Below are positions 16,826 to 25,838 of a stretch of 32,000 nt of DNA, piece by piece. Source of the DNA: Nitrosopumilus oxyclinae (GTDB lineage: Archaea > Thermoproteota > Nitrososphaeria > Nitrososphaerales > Nitrosopumilaceae); the NCBI RefSeq assembly GCF_013407165.1, contig NZ_CP026994.1, forward strand, positions 864,187 through 896,186. Direction: 5' to 3'. The position numbers and the translations under genes are program-made. Under the pieces are notes generated by a model. It ran no database searches and had not been told where the DNA came from. It saw only the letters and a list, made by a program, of their open reading frames with translations. Each line of letters begins with the position of its first letter. The first letter of the stretch is position 1.

Positions 16826-16926
16826 TTCTAATTTGGAAAAAAAGATTTGGTAAATATAAGCCATCAAATTTTTTTATAAAAGCAATCCAAGACAAAGTTA
16901 AATTTATTGAAAACCATCCCAATCAG

Positions 16927-17544
16927 ATGAAAGAATCCATACAAATTGTCCTCAATGAATTAGAGACACAATCAAATCTAGAAAAATCTCGAAAAGTAGA
17001 CGTTACAGCAGAAGACAGAATGCTTGCAATCACTAAAGAGACAGGGGAGATGCTAAACATGATTTTACGCCTAAATAATGTAAAAAATATGCTTGAAATT
17101 GGTACATCCACAGGTTATTCAACAATTTGGTGTGCTGAAGCTATTTCAGAGAATTTGGGAGAAATAATCACAATAGAGCAAAACCCAAACAAAATCAAAA
17201 GAGCAAAAGAGAATTTTGAAAAAGCAAAATTATCAGATGGAATTTCAATCAAAGAAGGATTGGCAATAGAGATATTATCAGAATTAAATACTCAGAAAAA
17301 ATATCAGGGATTCTTTGATTTTGTCTTAATTGATGCAGACAAGGAAAATATTGTTCAATATTTTGATTTAATTTTTCCAATGGTATCTATAAACGGCATA
17401 ATTGTTACAGACAATATGTTATATCCAGAAAAATACAGGGAGGATATGAAGAAATTTTCAAATTATCTAAAAACAAATCCTAGATTAAGAACAGTTACAT
17501 CCCCAATAGGTAATGGAGAAGAGATTACAATAAAAATTAAATAA
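16927..17544 (+). CDS. Class I SAM-dependent O-methyltransferase (family 3, caffeoyl-CoA OMT-like)
   Basis: SAM motif I is LEIGTSTGYST. It also has FDFVLIDADKENIVQYFD and NGIIVTDNML. I prefer the ATG at 16927; the ORF track starts at a TTG at 16819. Confidence 0.8.
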   Translation: MKESIQIVLNELETQSNLEKSRKVDVTAEDRMLAITKETGEMLNMILRLNNVKNMLEIGTSTGYSTIWCAEAISENLGEIITIEQNPNKIKRAKENFEKAKLSDGISIKEGLAIEILSELNTQKKYQGFFDFVLIDADKENIVQYFDLIFPMVSINGIIVTDNMLYPEKYREDMKKFSNYLKTNPRLRTVTSPIGNGEEITIKIK

Positions 17545-18981
17545 TTATTTTTTACTAGTTTTTCTATTCACATGTTTTTTAACAGTCTTTTTTACAACAG
17601 GTTTTTTTGAAATAGACTTTAGTTTTTTATTTTTTTCCTCAATTTGTTTTTTCAATTTTTGTTGTTTTTCTTTAAGTTTTTGATTCTTAATTTTAATTTG
17701 AGATTCAATTTTTTCTCGTTTCTTTTTTAATAAATCATATGTTTTTTCCTCTTTTTTGAGTTGTTTAGTTAATTCAACCTGTGATTTTAATTTTAATTTT
17801 TCATCATTAGCCTTTTTGGAAATTATTTCTTTTTCTGCAGCAATAGTGTTAATTAAATTTAGTCGCTCCTCTTTTGCTTTGATAAGATCCTGTTCTTGAG
17901 ATTTGATCAATTTCTTGAGTTTTTCAGATTCTGCAAATTTTATTTTTTCCTCATTTACTTGAGATACAATTTCATCATAATCCTGTTTTGTTCTATCTAG
18001 TTCAGTTTGTTTCGATTTAATTTCACGCGCAATTTGTGCCTGTTCTACCAGTCTATCCTTCTGTTCGTTGGCCATTTTTGCCAGTAATTCTTGCTCACGT
18101 GTTACCTGTTTCTCTATTTTTTCTTGTTCTAATTGTGCCTGAACTAATTGTCTTTTTTGAGATAACAATTCTTTTGCAATTTTATTTTTTTCTAAAGCAA
18201 TTTTATCAATTATTAGAATTCTTTCTTTTTTTACTTTTGTAAGTTCTTCTTTTTGCGCAATTATTTCATTAGATATCCTTGTCTGAGTTTCAATCCGTAT
18301 CCGTTCTTCTTTAATTTGTGATTCAAGTGAAGATTTTTCTTGGGATATTTTTTGATCATATTCTTTCCTATGGGATATTAATTTGGACAAATTATTGCGT
18401 TGTTGGTTAATTTCATCAGATATTTTTTCTTGTGTTTTTATTTTTTGATTTTCTTTTTCAATATTTTTTACCAGAGTTTCTACATTTTCAGAATCTGGTT
18501 CTTGAGACCATCCTTTTGGCAACGCTCCTTTAATTTTTTGTGAGGGTGTTGATTCAATTATATCTTTGTGGGTTTTTTGAATTTCAGCATTCATTTTTTT
18601 AGAAGACTCTACAAGTAGTGTTTCATCCATTATAGGATGTAATTTGGATTCCAAATAATCTGCATCTGAATGATAAAGCTGTTTGTTGTTGGATAGTGTA
18701 TCATAGATGTATTGTAATCTGCCAGCATCACCATTCCCAGAATCAATCAGATCTTTTATTCTAGGAAGAAGTTTATTTTCCTCAACCAATTCTTCTTCTA
18801 CAGAAAATGAAGATTGTAGTTTATTTTCAAGGTAAACTTTATCTGATTGGTATAGAGGTCTATTATTTTTTAAAAATTCAAGAATGTGGTATAATCGTCC
18901 AGCATCACCGTTTCCAGAGTCAATTAATACATCGACTTTAGATATTGTTTGATTAAGAGATAGCCGTTCTAATTGAGTCAT
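17545..18981 (-). CDS. Long coiled-coil protein with two N-terminal GDxGR modules
   Basis: 478 aa. Two copies of LIDSGNGDAGRL..I...L.NN..LY.SD..YLE.KL are followed by ~300 aa of K/E/Q-rich heptads and a basic tail. Confidence 0.7.
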   Translation of the reverse strand: MTQLERLSLNQTISKVDVLIDSGNGDAGRLYHILEFLKNNRPLYQSDKVYLENKLQSSFSVEEELVEENKLLPRIKDLIDSGNGDAGRLQYIYDTLSNNKQLYHSDADYLESKLHPIMDETLLVESSKKMNAEIQKTHKDIIESTPSQKIKGALPKGWSQEPDSENVETLVKNIEKENQKIKTQEKISDEINQQRNNLSKLISHRKEYDQKISQEKSSLESQIKEERIRIETQTRISNEIIAQKEELTKVKKERILIIDKIALEKNKIAKELLSQKRQLVQAQLEQEKIEKQVTREQELLAKMANEQKDRLVEQAQIAREIKSKQTELDRTKQDYDEIVSQVNEEKIKFAESEKLKKLIKSQEQDLIKAKEERLNLINTIAAEKEIISKKANDEKLKLKSQVELTKQLKKEEKTYDLLKKKREKIESQIKIKNQKLKEKQQKLKKQIEEKNKKLKSISKKPVVKKTVKKHVNRKTSKK

Positions 18982-19128
18982 CTTGCTTTTGATTAATTCA
19001 TTATTGAATCTAGTAAAAATAACTTTATCAAAAAAATTTACACAGAAATTAATTTTAGGTGATAAAGAGTAATTTGTTCCTAAGTATTTTCATAATGCGC
19101 TATTTTTAGTCTGATTTTTATGAGACAT

Positions 19129-19944
19129 CTAGAATTTTATTTGAATTCTAGATTTTTGGCTCAGAGCAATTACAGATATTATTGAAAATAACAATATCAT
19201 AATCCCCATTGTTCCAAATTCAGGAACAACAGAAGTACCCATGATAGTTAATAGTTTAGAGTCATGTTCAACTGAAAGAAATACGACATTGACATCACCA
19301 TCTCTCACTTGATCAAAGTCAGATAGTTTTTTCCCATCAATCCAAATTACATAATTTCCATCAATTAATTCTGAAGGTAGTCTCAATTCCAATTCTTTGT
19401 TTTCAGATTGTGGCTGACCAATTATTTCAAAAGTTATAGATTTTTGCTCAGTGTCAATTATTGGCTTTCCAAGTAATCGATTAAAATCATATTCTACATC
19501 AAAGATTGTTGAACCATCCCCTGCTTGTTTTCCAACATTAGGAATTATAGAGTACCCTGCAGTTACCATGATCGTTCCATCCATCCAAGGATGAAGCAAA
19601 CAATAGTAATCAAAGTTTCCAGTTTCAGTAAAGGTGTGGGAGAATGTTTTACCAGGTCCAAACAAACCACTATCAAAAATATCATCAGGGCCAGATTCCA
19701 CATTACCAGAAGTTACTGTATGTGCTGCAGTGTCAGCATTTTTCCACAGTATGGCATCACCAGGAGAAATTGCAACATCACCATTTGTGGAGCCATCTTT
19801 TTCACTCTGCCAAAAATAAGGTGAATTTGGATTTGCAGCACCTGTAGGAATATTGACATCATATGTTGTTTGGGCATATACATTAGATATTATCGGAATT
19901 GTGAATAAAACCATTAATCCTAAAAAAAGAAACTTGAAATTCAT
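19129..19944 (-). CDS. Blue (type 1) copper cupredoxin-domain protein with a PEFG-CTERM sorting signal
   Basis: It has a signal peptide and plastocyanin-like ligands (AAHTVTSG ... YYCLLHPWMDGTIMV). The C-terminus is VVPEFG followed by a TM helix and a basic tail. Confidence 0.85.
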   Translation of the reverse strand: MNFKFLFLGLMVLFTIPIISNVYAQTTYDVNIPTGAANPNSPYFWQSEKDGSTNGDVAISPGDAILWKNADTAAHTVTSGNVESGPDDIFDSGLFGPGKTFSHTFTETGNFDYYCLLHPWMDGTIMVTAGYSIIPNVGKQAGDGSTIFDVEYDFNRLLGKPIIDTEQKSITFEIIGQPQSENKELELRLPSELIDGNYVIWIDGKKLSDFDQVRDGDVNVVFLSVEHDSKLLTIMGTSVVPEFGTMGIMILLFSIISVIALSQKSRIQIKF

Positions 19945-20040
19945 ACAATACAGAATTAGAATTTAATTAAAAGGGTTTACTCTGTTCATCAGAACGCACA
20001 TTTTGTTGTTGTTTATTAATCAGAAAAAATTACCTCCAGT

Positions 20041-20265
20041 ATGAAAATGTCATTAATTATTACAATTATCGGCATTGCCATGTTTGTATTTGGATTAATA
20101 TCATTTTATTCAATTGAATTAGGGCAAACAACCCCAGAGTTAAGATTACTAAAAAATATAGGCACATTTGTAGGAATCAGCGGTATGGGAGTAGGGCTAG
20201 CAGGGATTTTATTGTATTTGATTAACAAAAATGAACCGACACTCAAAGAACATTCAGAGGCTTAA
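20041..20265 (+). CDS. Small two-TM membrane protein
   Basis: 74 aa with two hydrophobic helices. Confidence 0.55.
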   Translation: MKMSLIITIIGIAMFVFGLISFYSIELGQTTPELRLLKNIGTFVGISGMGVGLAGILLYLINKNEPTLKEHSEA

Positions 20266-20377
20266 TTGCAGTTGGAAATTTTAAAAATTAATTGAATAAT
20301 TTCAAATTAACAATTAAAAAATATTCAGAATAAAACAGAGAACTAAATTAAATAATACATGTAAATCTCAAGAATAA

Positions 20378-20800
20378 ATGACTGATAAAATTTGGTTAGG
20401 TGGAATATATCTTAAAGATGAAGGAGGTTATGAGATAATTCTCAAATCATTAAATCATTATAAGAATAGATTAAAAACACTCAACGAGAGTCCAGAATTA
20501 AAAGAATCAGGTGCAACATTTGGTTCAATTTTAAACCAACAAGCAAGAAAAACAGTTCCCAAAATCAATGAAGTTGTTGTAAAAATTCATGCAAGTCTTT
20601 CAGATTTACAGATTTTAAAAGAATTAGAAGATGAAAAACAATTTTTAGAAAAAGCTCTATCGTGTTACCAATCAGATATTCATAAAGCTGAGGATACAGG
20701 AAATGAATATTTTGTGAAATTAATTGGAGATATGATCCAAGGTAGAAAAGATCTCAAAACCATTAAAACCGCATTAGATAAAATTAATAACTATTCTTAG
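20378..20800 (+). CDS. Hypothetical protein
   Basis: 140-aa ORF. Confidence 0.5.
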   Translation: MTDKIWLGGIYLKDEGGYEIILKSLNHYKNRLKTLNESPELKESGATFGSILNQQARKTVPKINEVVVKIHASLSDLQILKELEDEKQFLEKALSCYQSDIHKAEDTGNEYFVKLIGDMIQGRKDLKTIKTALDKINNYS

Positions 20801-20802
20801 TC

Positions 20803-21033
20803 CTACAATCCTTGCAAATACCAATCAAAATAAGGTAACAATGCCTTGCATTGTTTCTTTTTATCTTGTTCATTATCAACATCTTGAATTTTTTGGATTT
20901 TCCCTTGTAAATATTCCGAAATCAATCCACTTTTAAAATGAGGTTTTATTTGATTTAAAATATGAATAATTGATTCAGATTTTGCCTGTTCAAAATCATC
21001 TAAAATTATTTTTATTTCATCTTCTAAAGACAT
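20803..21033 (-). CDS. Hypothetical protein
   Basis: 76-aa ORF. Confidence 0.45.
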   Translation of the reverse strand: MSLEDEIKIILDDFEQAKSESIIHILNQIKPHFKSGLISEYLQGKIQKIQDVDNEQDKKKQCKALLPYFDWYLQGL

Positions 21034-21058
21034 GGAATTAATTAGACATCCCCCATTA

Positions 21059-21298
21059 TTATTTTATAGAATTCAGTAAATCCTCATCATCCCATGTTAA
21101 ACGAAACTTTCCAGTAACACGAAACATGTGAATTTTTCCACCTTGCTTGAAAAGGAGTTTGTATGATTTATGGGAAGTATCTTCAATTTCCAGACTAACA
21201 TCTTTTTTTATAGATTCAAAAACTATAGGATCATTTGAGATTTGCTTCCACTCATCCTCATCAAAATCCATATAAAATTTTGTATACAGTAAACCCAT
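21059..21298 (-). CDS. Hypothetical protein
   Basis: 79-aa ORF. Confidence 0.45.
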   Translation of the reverse strand: MGLLYTKFYMDFDEDEWKQISNDPIVFESIKKDVSLEIEDTSHKSYKLLFKQGGKIHMFRVTGKFRLTWDDEDLLNSIK

Positions 21299-21330
21299 TG
21301 AATAAGGATAGAATTCACCTGAATAAATAA

Positions 21331-21918
21331 CTAGACAAGATCTTCATCCCAAGATGATTGAGGTATAAAAAATCCCAAATTACTTACAATCGTAGGGAAA
21401 ATAATATCAAAATGCCTATCATTTCGAATTATCTTAAAAATATGATGAATTAATTGTTGTATTTCCAAATGCTCATCTCGATATAGTGTCTTTTTTGGAT
21501 TTTTAGAAGAATCAAGAATTGTAAAACCAGTATCTGTACGTATAAGATTTCTCAATATAGAATTTGCAACAAGTATCTTTTCATCAATATCTTTATGAGG
21601 ATAATCAACATCCAATTTTTTAATTTCTAATTTTAAATCGTGAAAATAAGTATTTGTATTTCGTTCCACTTGGTGTTGAAGATTAATCTCATAATCTTCA
21701 GAAGGATAATAAAATTTCATATTCCCTTTGATTCGAACAGAAATTATCTCTTTTTTAATTAATGAATCGCGTATTTTCTCAAAGGTGGTTTTCGCCATAA
21801 ATTCTGGAACAAGTATTTTCAGTAATGCATTATGATGTAAATCAGGATTATTTTTGATACTTTCTAAAAGAATTCTTTCACGCTCATATTTTTTTGGGGC
21901 GGGCTCAGACTGACTCAT
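21331..21918 (-). CDS. Winged-helix (wHTH) domain protein, hypothetical
   Basis: 195 aa with an N-terminal wHTH-like segment (ILLESIKNNPDLHHNALLKIL...IRDSLIKKEIISV). Its size and layout are the same as 14578-15144. Confidence 0.55.
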   Translation of the reverse strand: MSQSEPAPKKYERERILLESIKNNPDLHHNALLKILVPEFMAKTTFEKIRDSLIKKEIISVRIKGNMKFYYPSEDYEINLQHQVERNTNTYFHDLKLEIKKLDVDYPHKDIDEKILVANSILRNLIRTDTGFTILDSSKNPKKTLYRDEHLEIQQLIHHIFKIIRNDRHFDIIFPTIVSNLGFFIPQSSWDEDLV

Positions 21919-21989
21919 TTTAACTAGGTCGACCTATATTAGTAAGGTCATCTATTAATTAGTATCGGCATGAAATATGAAAATAGATG

Positions 21990-23342
21990 TTAAGAATCAT
22001 CCAAATATCGCAAATATTTCATGTCCAAAATATATGGTGTAACTCCGTAAATGGAGTCACCAATTAGAAGACCATCCTCATCAGTGAGAAAAATATATGT
22101 TTGATCAGAAAATTCTTCTCCAATTCCAAATACAAGTTTAATTTTAACACCTGAAATATCTAATAAAAATTCAGATTGAAAAAGATGAGTTGGAATCACT
22201 TCCGAGTTATCAGAATCACTAAAATAGGCCTGTAAATCTTCAGGAGCAATAATTTCAACAGAACCATCACCTTCTTCTAGAAATGCTTTAGAACCTAAAA
22301 GAAGGTCAGAGTTTTCTTGAGTGTAGATTATTGTTTTAATAGGTTTATCAGAAAATAGTATTCTAAAGTCATCCAATAGTTTTTTTGCAGATTCATATGA
22401 AGTTAAAGTGTCAATCACAATTATTCCAGAATCACCTTCAATTAACAAACTATTTGTGGAATCATATCCCACAGCAACCCAAATCCCATCCCTTAATTGA
22501 TATATTCTTGGAATATTTGAAGAGTATGAGAATGTAGATTCATTATCTCGTTCTTGTTCATCTCGTTCTTGTTCATCTCGTTCTTGTTCATCTCGTTCTT
22601 GTTCATCTCGTTCTTGTTCATCTCGTTCTTGTTCATCTCGTTCTTGTTCATCTCGTTCTTGTTCATCTCGTTCTTGTTCATCTCGTTCTTGTTCATCTCG
22701 TTCTTGTTCATCTCGTTCTTGTTCATCTCGTTCTTGTTCATCTCGTTCTTGTTCATCTCGTTCTTGTTCATCTCGTTCTTGTTCATCTCGTTCTTGTTCA
22801 TCTCGTTCTTGTTCATCTCGTTCTTGTTCATCTCGTTCTTGTTCATCTCGTTCTTGTTTACCCTCATCAATGTTTTTTTCATCATTTATAATTTCAGCCA
22901 GACCTAAACGCTCCCAACTAAGTGCAGTTGAAGGACTGGTACAAAATGTATCATGATGAATAAATCGATAAATTAGAGTATAGCCATCCCGGCATTCAGA
23001 ATCATCTTGAGAAATACGTTGTTTTTTAGGTGGTAATGGAGGTGAAGTAGGAATTTCAATTTCATCTTCAGCAACAATTTCATAAGATTTAGTCTCAGAT
23101 GGTTTAGGATATTCTGAAACGGTATTGGCCAAACCTAATTCTACCCATCGATCAGCAGTAGAAGGTATAACACAGACATATTGTTTAGAGGTAGTTCGAT
23201 AAACCATCACTTCCCCGTTAGGACACCCTGCCTGAATATCTTCTTGAGCCTCAGATTCTACGGATGCAAAAGAATGTGGAACTATTGCCGAGGAAAATAA
23301 AATAAACAATATTGGCAATAAAGCATACTTTCTTGTCTGCAT
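21990..23342 (-). CDS. Secreted protein: two Cys-pair modules, an (ERDEQ)n acidic repeat linker and a degenerate metallo-beta-lactamase-like C-terminal domain
   Basis: It has a signal peptide. A duplicated module is present (CPNGEVMVYR..YVCV.PSTADRWVELGLA and CRDGYTLIYR..TFCTSPSTALSWERLGLA), followed by 21 ERDEQ units. The C-terminal IVIDTL...KPIKTIIYTQENSDLLLG resembles an MBL N-terminal half in which the HxHxDH motif has been replaced. Confidence 0.75.
   Translation of the reverse strand: MQTRKYALLPILFILFSSAIVPHSFASVESEAQEDIQAGCPNGEVMVYRTTSKQYVCVIPSTADRWVELGLANTVSEYPKPSETKSYEIVAEDEIEIPTSPPLPPKKQRISQDDSECRDGYTLIYRFIHHDTFCTSPSTALSWERLGLAEIINDEKNIDEGKQERDEQERDEQERDEQERDEQERDEQERDEQERDEQERDEQERDEQERDEQERDEQERDEQERDEQERDEQERDEQERDEQERDEQERDEQERDEQERDEQERDNESTFSYSSNIPRIYQLRDGIWVAVGYDSTNSLLIEGDSGIIVIDTLTSYESAKKLLDDFRILFSDKPIKTIIYTQENSDLLLGSKAFLEEGDGSVEIIAPEDLQAYFSDSDNSEVIPTHLFQSEFLLDISGVKIKLVFGIGEEFSDQTYIFLTDEDGLLIGDSIYGVTPYILDMKYLRYLDDS
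22546..22860. repeat. Tandem repeat, 15-bp unit x 21 (tctcgttcttgttca)
   Basis: Counted directly: 20 identical units plus a last unit with one substitution. The repeat is in-frame and encodes ERDEQ on the minus strand. Confidence 0.97.
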
Positions 23343-23543
23343 ATGAACACATTATGAGTTATTTTTGATATATCAAATTAGGTGAAATATTTCTACATAG
23401 TCTGTTTTTTTGATTTATCTAAAATATCCAAAAAATATACAAAAATTCATCATTTACCAATAGTGATCGCACAAATATTTGACACCTAAGAGAATTTTCA
23501 TTACTCATAACCCATTACTTGAAAAAATAGTGATAAATGTTAG

Positions 23544-24959
23544 TTGAAAATAAAAGAAACAATTTCAAAACTTAATGAAAGTATTCAAAATAACTATGGA
23601 GATCCAGGGAGAACGTTATACATTATTGAAAAATTAGAAAAAAACAGAAATTTACCAAAGTCAGATCTTGCATATATTGAAAGAATAGTCAAACTATGCA
23701 CTCTAGTTTTTGAGGAATCCAGTCCAGAGAAAACTGTTGAAAATATAGTATTAGAAGATCTGATAAAATGCTATCATTGTGATACTGAAATTAATTTAGA
23801 TGAGAAATCAATTAGAAAAAATAATTTTTGGTTTCACGATAAATGTTTTGAGGAATCCAGTCCAGAGAAAACTGTTGAAAATATAGTATTAGAAGATCTG
23901 ATAAAATGCTATCATTGTGATACTGAAATTAATTTAGATGAGAAATCAATTAGAAAAAATAATTTTTGGTTTCACGATAAATGTTTTGAAAAAATCCCAA
24001 TAATAAAAACAAATAATTTACAAAAAATAGAACCAATCAAAAAAGAAATAAAACAACCATCTAGAATTATTAAAACAAAGACAACCATACCTCAAATGGT
24101 TTTTTCAGGAGGGTTATTGGCATCCCTTGTAGGAACAACCTATTTTTGGGCAGGAGAAGTAATATCTCTAGTTGTAGGAGTGTGTGGGACTGCACTATAT
24201 TTTGCAACATTCAAGCCTCAAATTGTTTCTAAGAAAAGAAAAAATGCCGAATTTGTTAAAACAGGCATCCCAGGTTTTGATTCAACATTATCAGTGGGTC
24301 TCAAAAAAAATAGTTCTGTAGTTGTTTCAGGTCCTCCAGGAAGTGGAAAGACAACATTTGGTTTACAGTTTATCTATTCAGGAGCTAAAGAATTTGAAGA
24401 AAATGGCATATACATTTCACTATCACAAAGCATTGAAGAAATAAAAAATGATTGTAAAACATTTGGTTGGGATATTGATGAACTAGTATCCAAAGGGAAA
24501 ATCCTAATGATAGATTTGAGGCCATTTAAAATTAAAGATGAAGTAGTTGGACGAGATGATTCATTATACAGAGGAGAGCAGATTCCATTTGAACATTTAA
24601 CAAAATTTATCCTAAACAGCATAAAGAAGATCAAAGCAAAGAGAATTGTGATTGATTCAATCTCTATTCTGGGAATGCAATATTCAGACAAGTTTTACAT
24701 GAGGCAAGGTTTACAAGGTATGATTCAATCCCTTGAGAATTTTGGAGTAACTTCACTTTTAATTTCAGAATTTTCAGAAAAGGACGAAGTTCCACTCGAA
24801 TGGTTTGTCACATCAGGAATAATTCAATTGGACAATCAAATAATCAACAATGAAATGAAACGTACTATCAAAATAATAAAATTACGAGGTATTGAGCACA
24901 GTGAGCAAGTTCATTCAATAGAATTAGGAAGTAATGGACTGTATGTATACGAAGATTAG
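23544..24959 (+). CDS. Membrane-anchored KaiC/RecA-superfamily ATPase with an N-terminal GDxGR module and duplicated Zn-knuckle-like segments
   Basis: Walker A is VVSGPPGSGKTTFGLQF and Walker B is KRIVIDSISIL. It also has a KaiC-like GIPGFD motif, 1-2 TM helices (~aa 190-225), and an N-terminal YGDPGRTLYIIEKLEKNRNLPKSDLAYIERIV. TTG start. Confidence 0.75.
   Translation: MKIKETISKLNESIQNNYGDPGRTLYIIEKLEKNRNLPKSDLAYIERIVKLCTLVFEESSPEKTVENIVLEDLIKCYHCDTEINLDEKSIRKNNFWFHDKCFEESSPEKTVENIVLEDLIKCYHCDTEINLDEKSIRKNNFWFHDKCFEKIPIIKTNNLQKIEPIKKEIKQPSRIIKTKTTIPQMVFSGGLLASLVGTTYFWAGEVISLVVGVCGTALYFATFKPQIVSKKRKNAEFVKTGIPGFDSTLSVGLKKNSSVVVSGPPGSGKTTFGLQFIYSGAKEFEENGIYISLSQSIEEIKNDCKTFGWDIDELVSKGKILMIDLRPFKIKDEVVGRDDSLYRGEQIPFEHLTKFILNSIKKIKAKRIVIDSISILGMQYSDKFYMRQGLQGMIQSLENFGVTSLLISEFSEKDEVPLEWFVTSGIIQLDNQIINNEMKRTIKIIKLRGIEHSEQVHSIELGSNGLYVYED
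23712..23987. repeat. Perfect tandem duplication, 2 x 138 bp, inside the KaiC-like gene
   Basis: By direct comparison, 23712-23849 is identical to 23850-23987. Each copy encodes 46 aa (ESSPEKTVENIVLEDLIKCYHCDTEINLDEKSIRKNNFWFHDKCF). Confidence 0.95.
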
Positions 24960-25087
24960 GACTCGGGCTCTGATCCTTCAGCCTCTGCAAGCTTTTTTCT
25001 GACTGCGTTATTTACCTCTTGAATTAGTTTATCTTCTTCCTCAACAAGTTCCTTTTTGAATTTTTTTTCCCAATAATTTTTCACCAT
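24956..25087 (-). CDS. Small charged hypothetical protein (43 aa)
   Basis: ATG ORF, not in the track: MVKNYWEKKFKKELVEEEDKLIQEVNNAVRKKLAEAEGSEPES. Its stop overlaps the stop of the KaiC-like gene. Confidence 0.25.
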   Translation of the reverse strand: MVKNYWEKKFKKELVEEEDKLIQEVNNAVRKKLAEAEGSEPES

Positions 25088-25294
25088 ATATTCTCACAAT
25101 TAGTTTAGCATCATTAGAAATAAGGTCTTCGGAATTTTTGAGACTAGGAATTTATCCGCTGATAAATCGTCCATCGGGGTTAAATACAAATTTTAAAAGA
25201 CAAAACACCTAACACATCATGGGTTTGATGAGTAATCATCAAATTTCATGAATAATTCTAAACCAGTAAAATAAAAAAAGAAAAAACAATCACA

Positions 25295-25708
25295 CTATTT
25301 TGTTTGTGTGAAAGGAGTTATCCAAGTTTGGATAATGTTTTTGTTTAATTCAGCAAAAGCATTAACGTTGTCGTTAAATGTTTTGAAATTTTGAACAGTT
25401 GCATCCATGGTAGTTTTTACCAATTGGTTGTTGACTGTGCTTGCTTGAACAAGTTGCTTATTTGTATCAATGATTGCAGTTTTTGCAGAGTCTGGAATTT
25501 CAGTGTTCATTCCAGATTTTTTTGCAAATTCTTGCTGAATTGTGACTGTAGCATTAATTGTTTTTTGACAAGTTTTCATACATTCGTTTTGCAATTCTGT
25601 TGCAGATTGGAAATATTGGGGTGTAATTTTTGAAATATTTTCAAAGTATTTCTGAACATTTTGCTTATACATTGCAAATGCATCGCTAGTTTGAGGTTGT
25701 GTACTCAT
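25295..25708 (-). CDS. Hypothetical helical Q/N/T-rich protein (phasin-like composition)
   Basis: I prefer the ATG at 25708 (MSTQPQTS...) because a tatatata box at ~25731-25740 lies about 27 nt upstream. The ORF track starts at 25726. Confidence 0.55.
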   Translation of the reverse strand: MSTQPQTSDAFAMYKQNVQKYFENISKITPQYFQSATELQNECMKTCQKTINATVTIQQEFAKKSGMNTEIPDSAKTAIIDTNKQLVQASTVNNQLVKTTMDATVQNFKTFNDNVNAFAELNKNIIQTWITPFTQTK

Positions 25709-25816
25709 GACAATATTATACAACATCTAATATATATACATTGGTAATGAGTGGTAATGAATGTCATTCAGTGGTCTATAATGAGTGATTATGGTAGATT
25801 TAGACATAAACGACAT

Positions 25817-25838
25817 TGTTTGTTCAAATGAACAAACA
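25817..25838. repeat. Perfect palindrome tgtttgttca-aa-tgaacaaaca
   Basis: 10-bp arms read directly from the sequence. It lies in intergenic DNA just outside the left end of the mobile element. Confidence 0.7.

Noticed and set aside
16819-16926. TTG-initiated 5' extension of the O-methyltransferase ORF, and the 16826-16867 extension of the divergent gene
   Set aside because: The two extensions overlap each other and cover the TATA-like boxes of both divergent promoters. The internal ATGs give proteins of normal family length.
19525-19847. Three overlapping plus-strand ORFs (19525-19824, 19634-19819, 19644-19847)
   Set aside because: They are antisense to the cupredoxin gene, which has copper-ligand motifs and a PEFG-CTERM signal.
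22546-22860. Possible CRISPR array, given a cas1 gene in the window
   Set aside because: The units are contiguous 15-mers with no spacers, they lie inside a coding frame, and they are 3.7 kb away from cas1. No repeat-spacer structure was seen anywhere in the window.
22493-22907. ORFs 22493-22885(-) (NKNEM repeats) and 22554-22907(+) (FISFL repeats)
   Set aside because: These are alternative-frame and antisense read-throughs of the 15-bp tandem repeat. The frame encoding ERDEQ is continuous with a signal peptide and flanking domains, so it is the real gene.
25211-25245. UGAUGA-containing hairpin (ttgatga-gtaa-tcatcaa) as a C/D-box sRNA
   Set aside because: No correctly ordered C/D' /C'/D boxes occur on either strand. 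It is just a 7-bp palindrome in an intergenic region.
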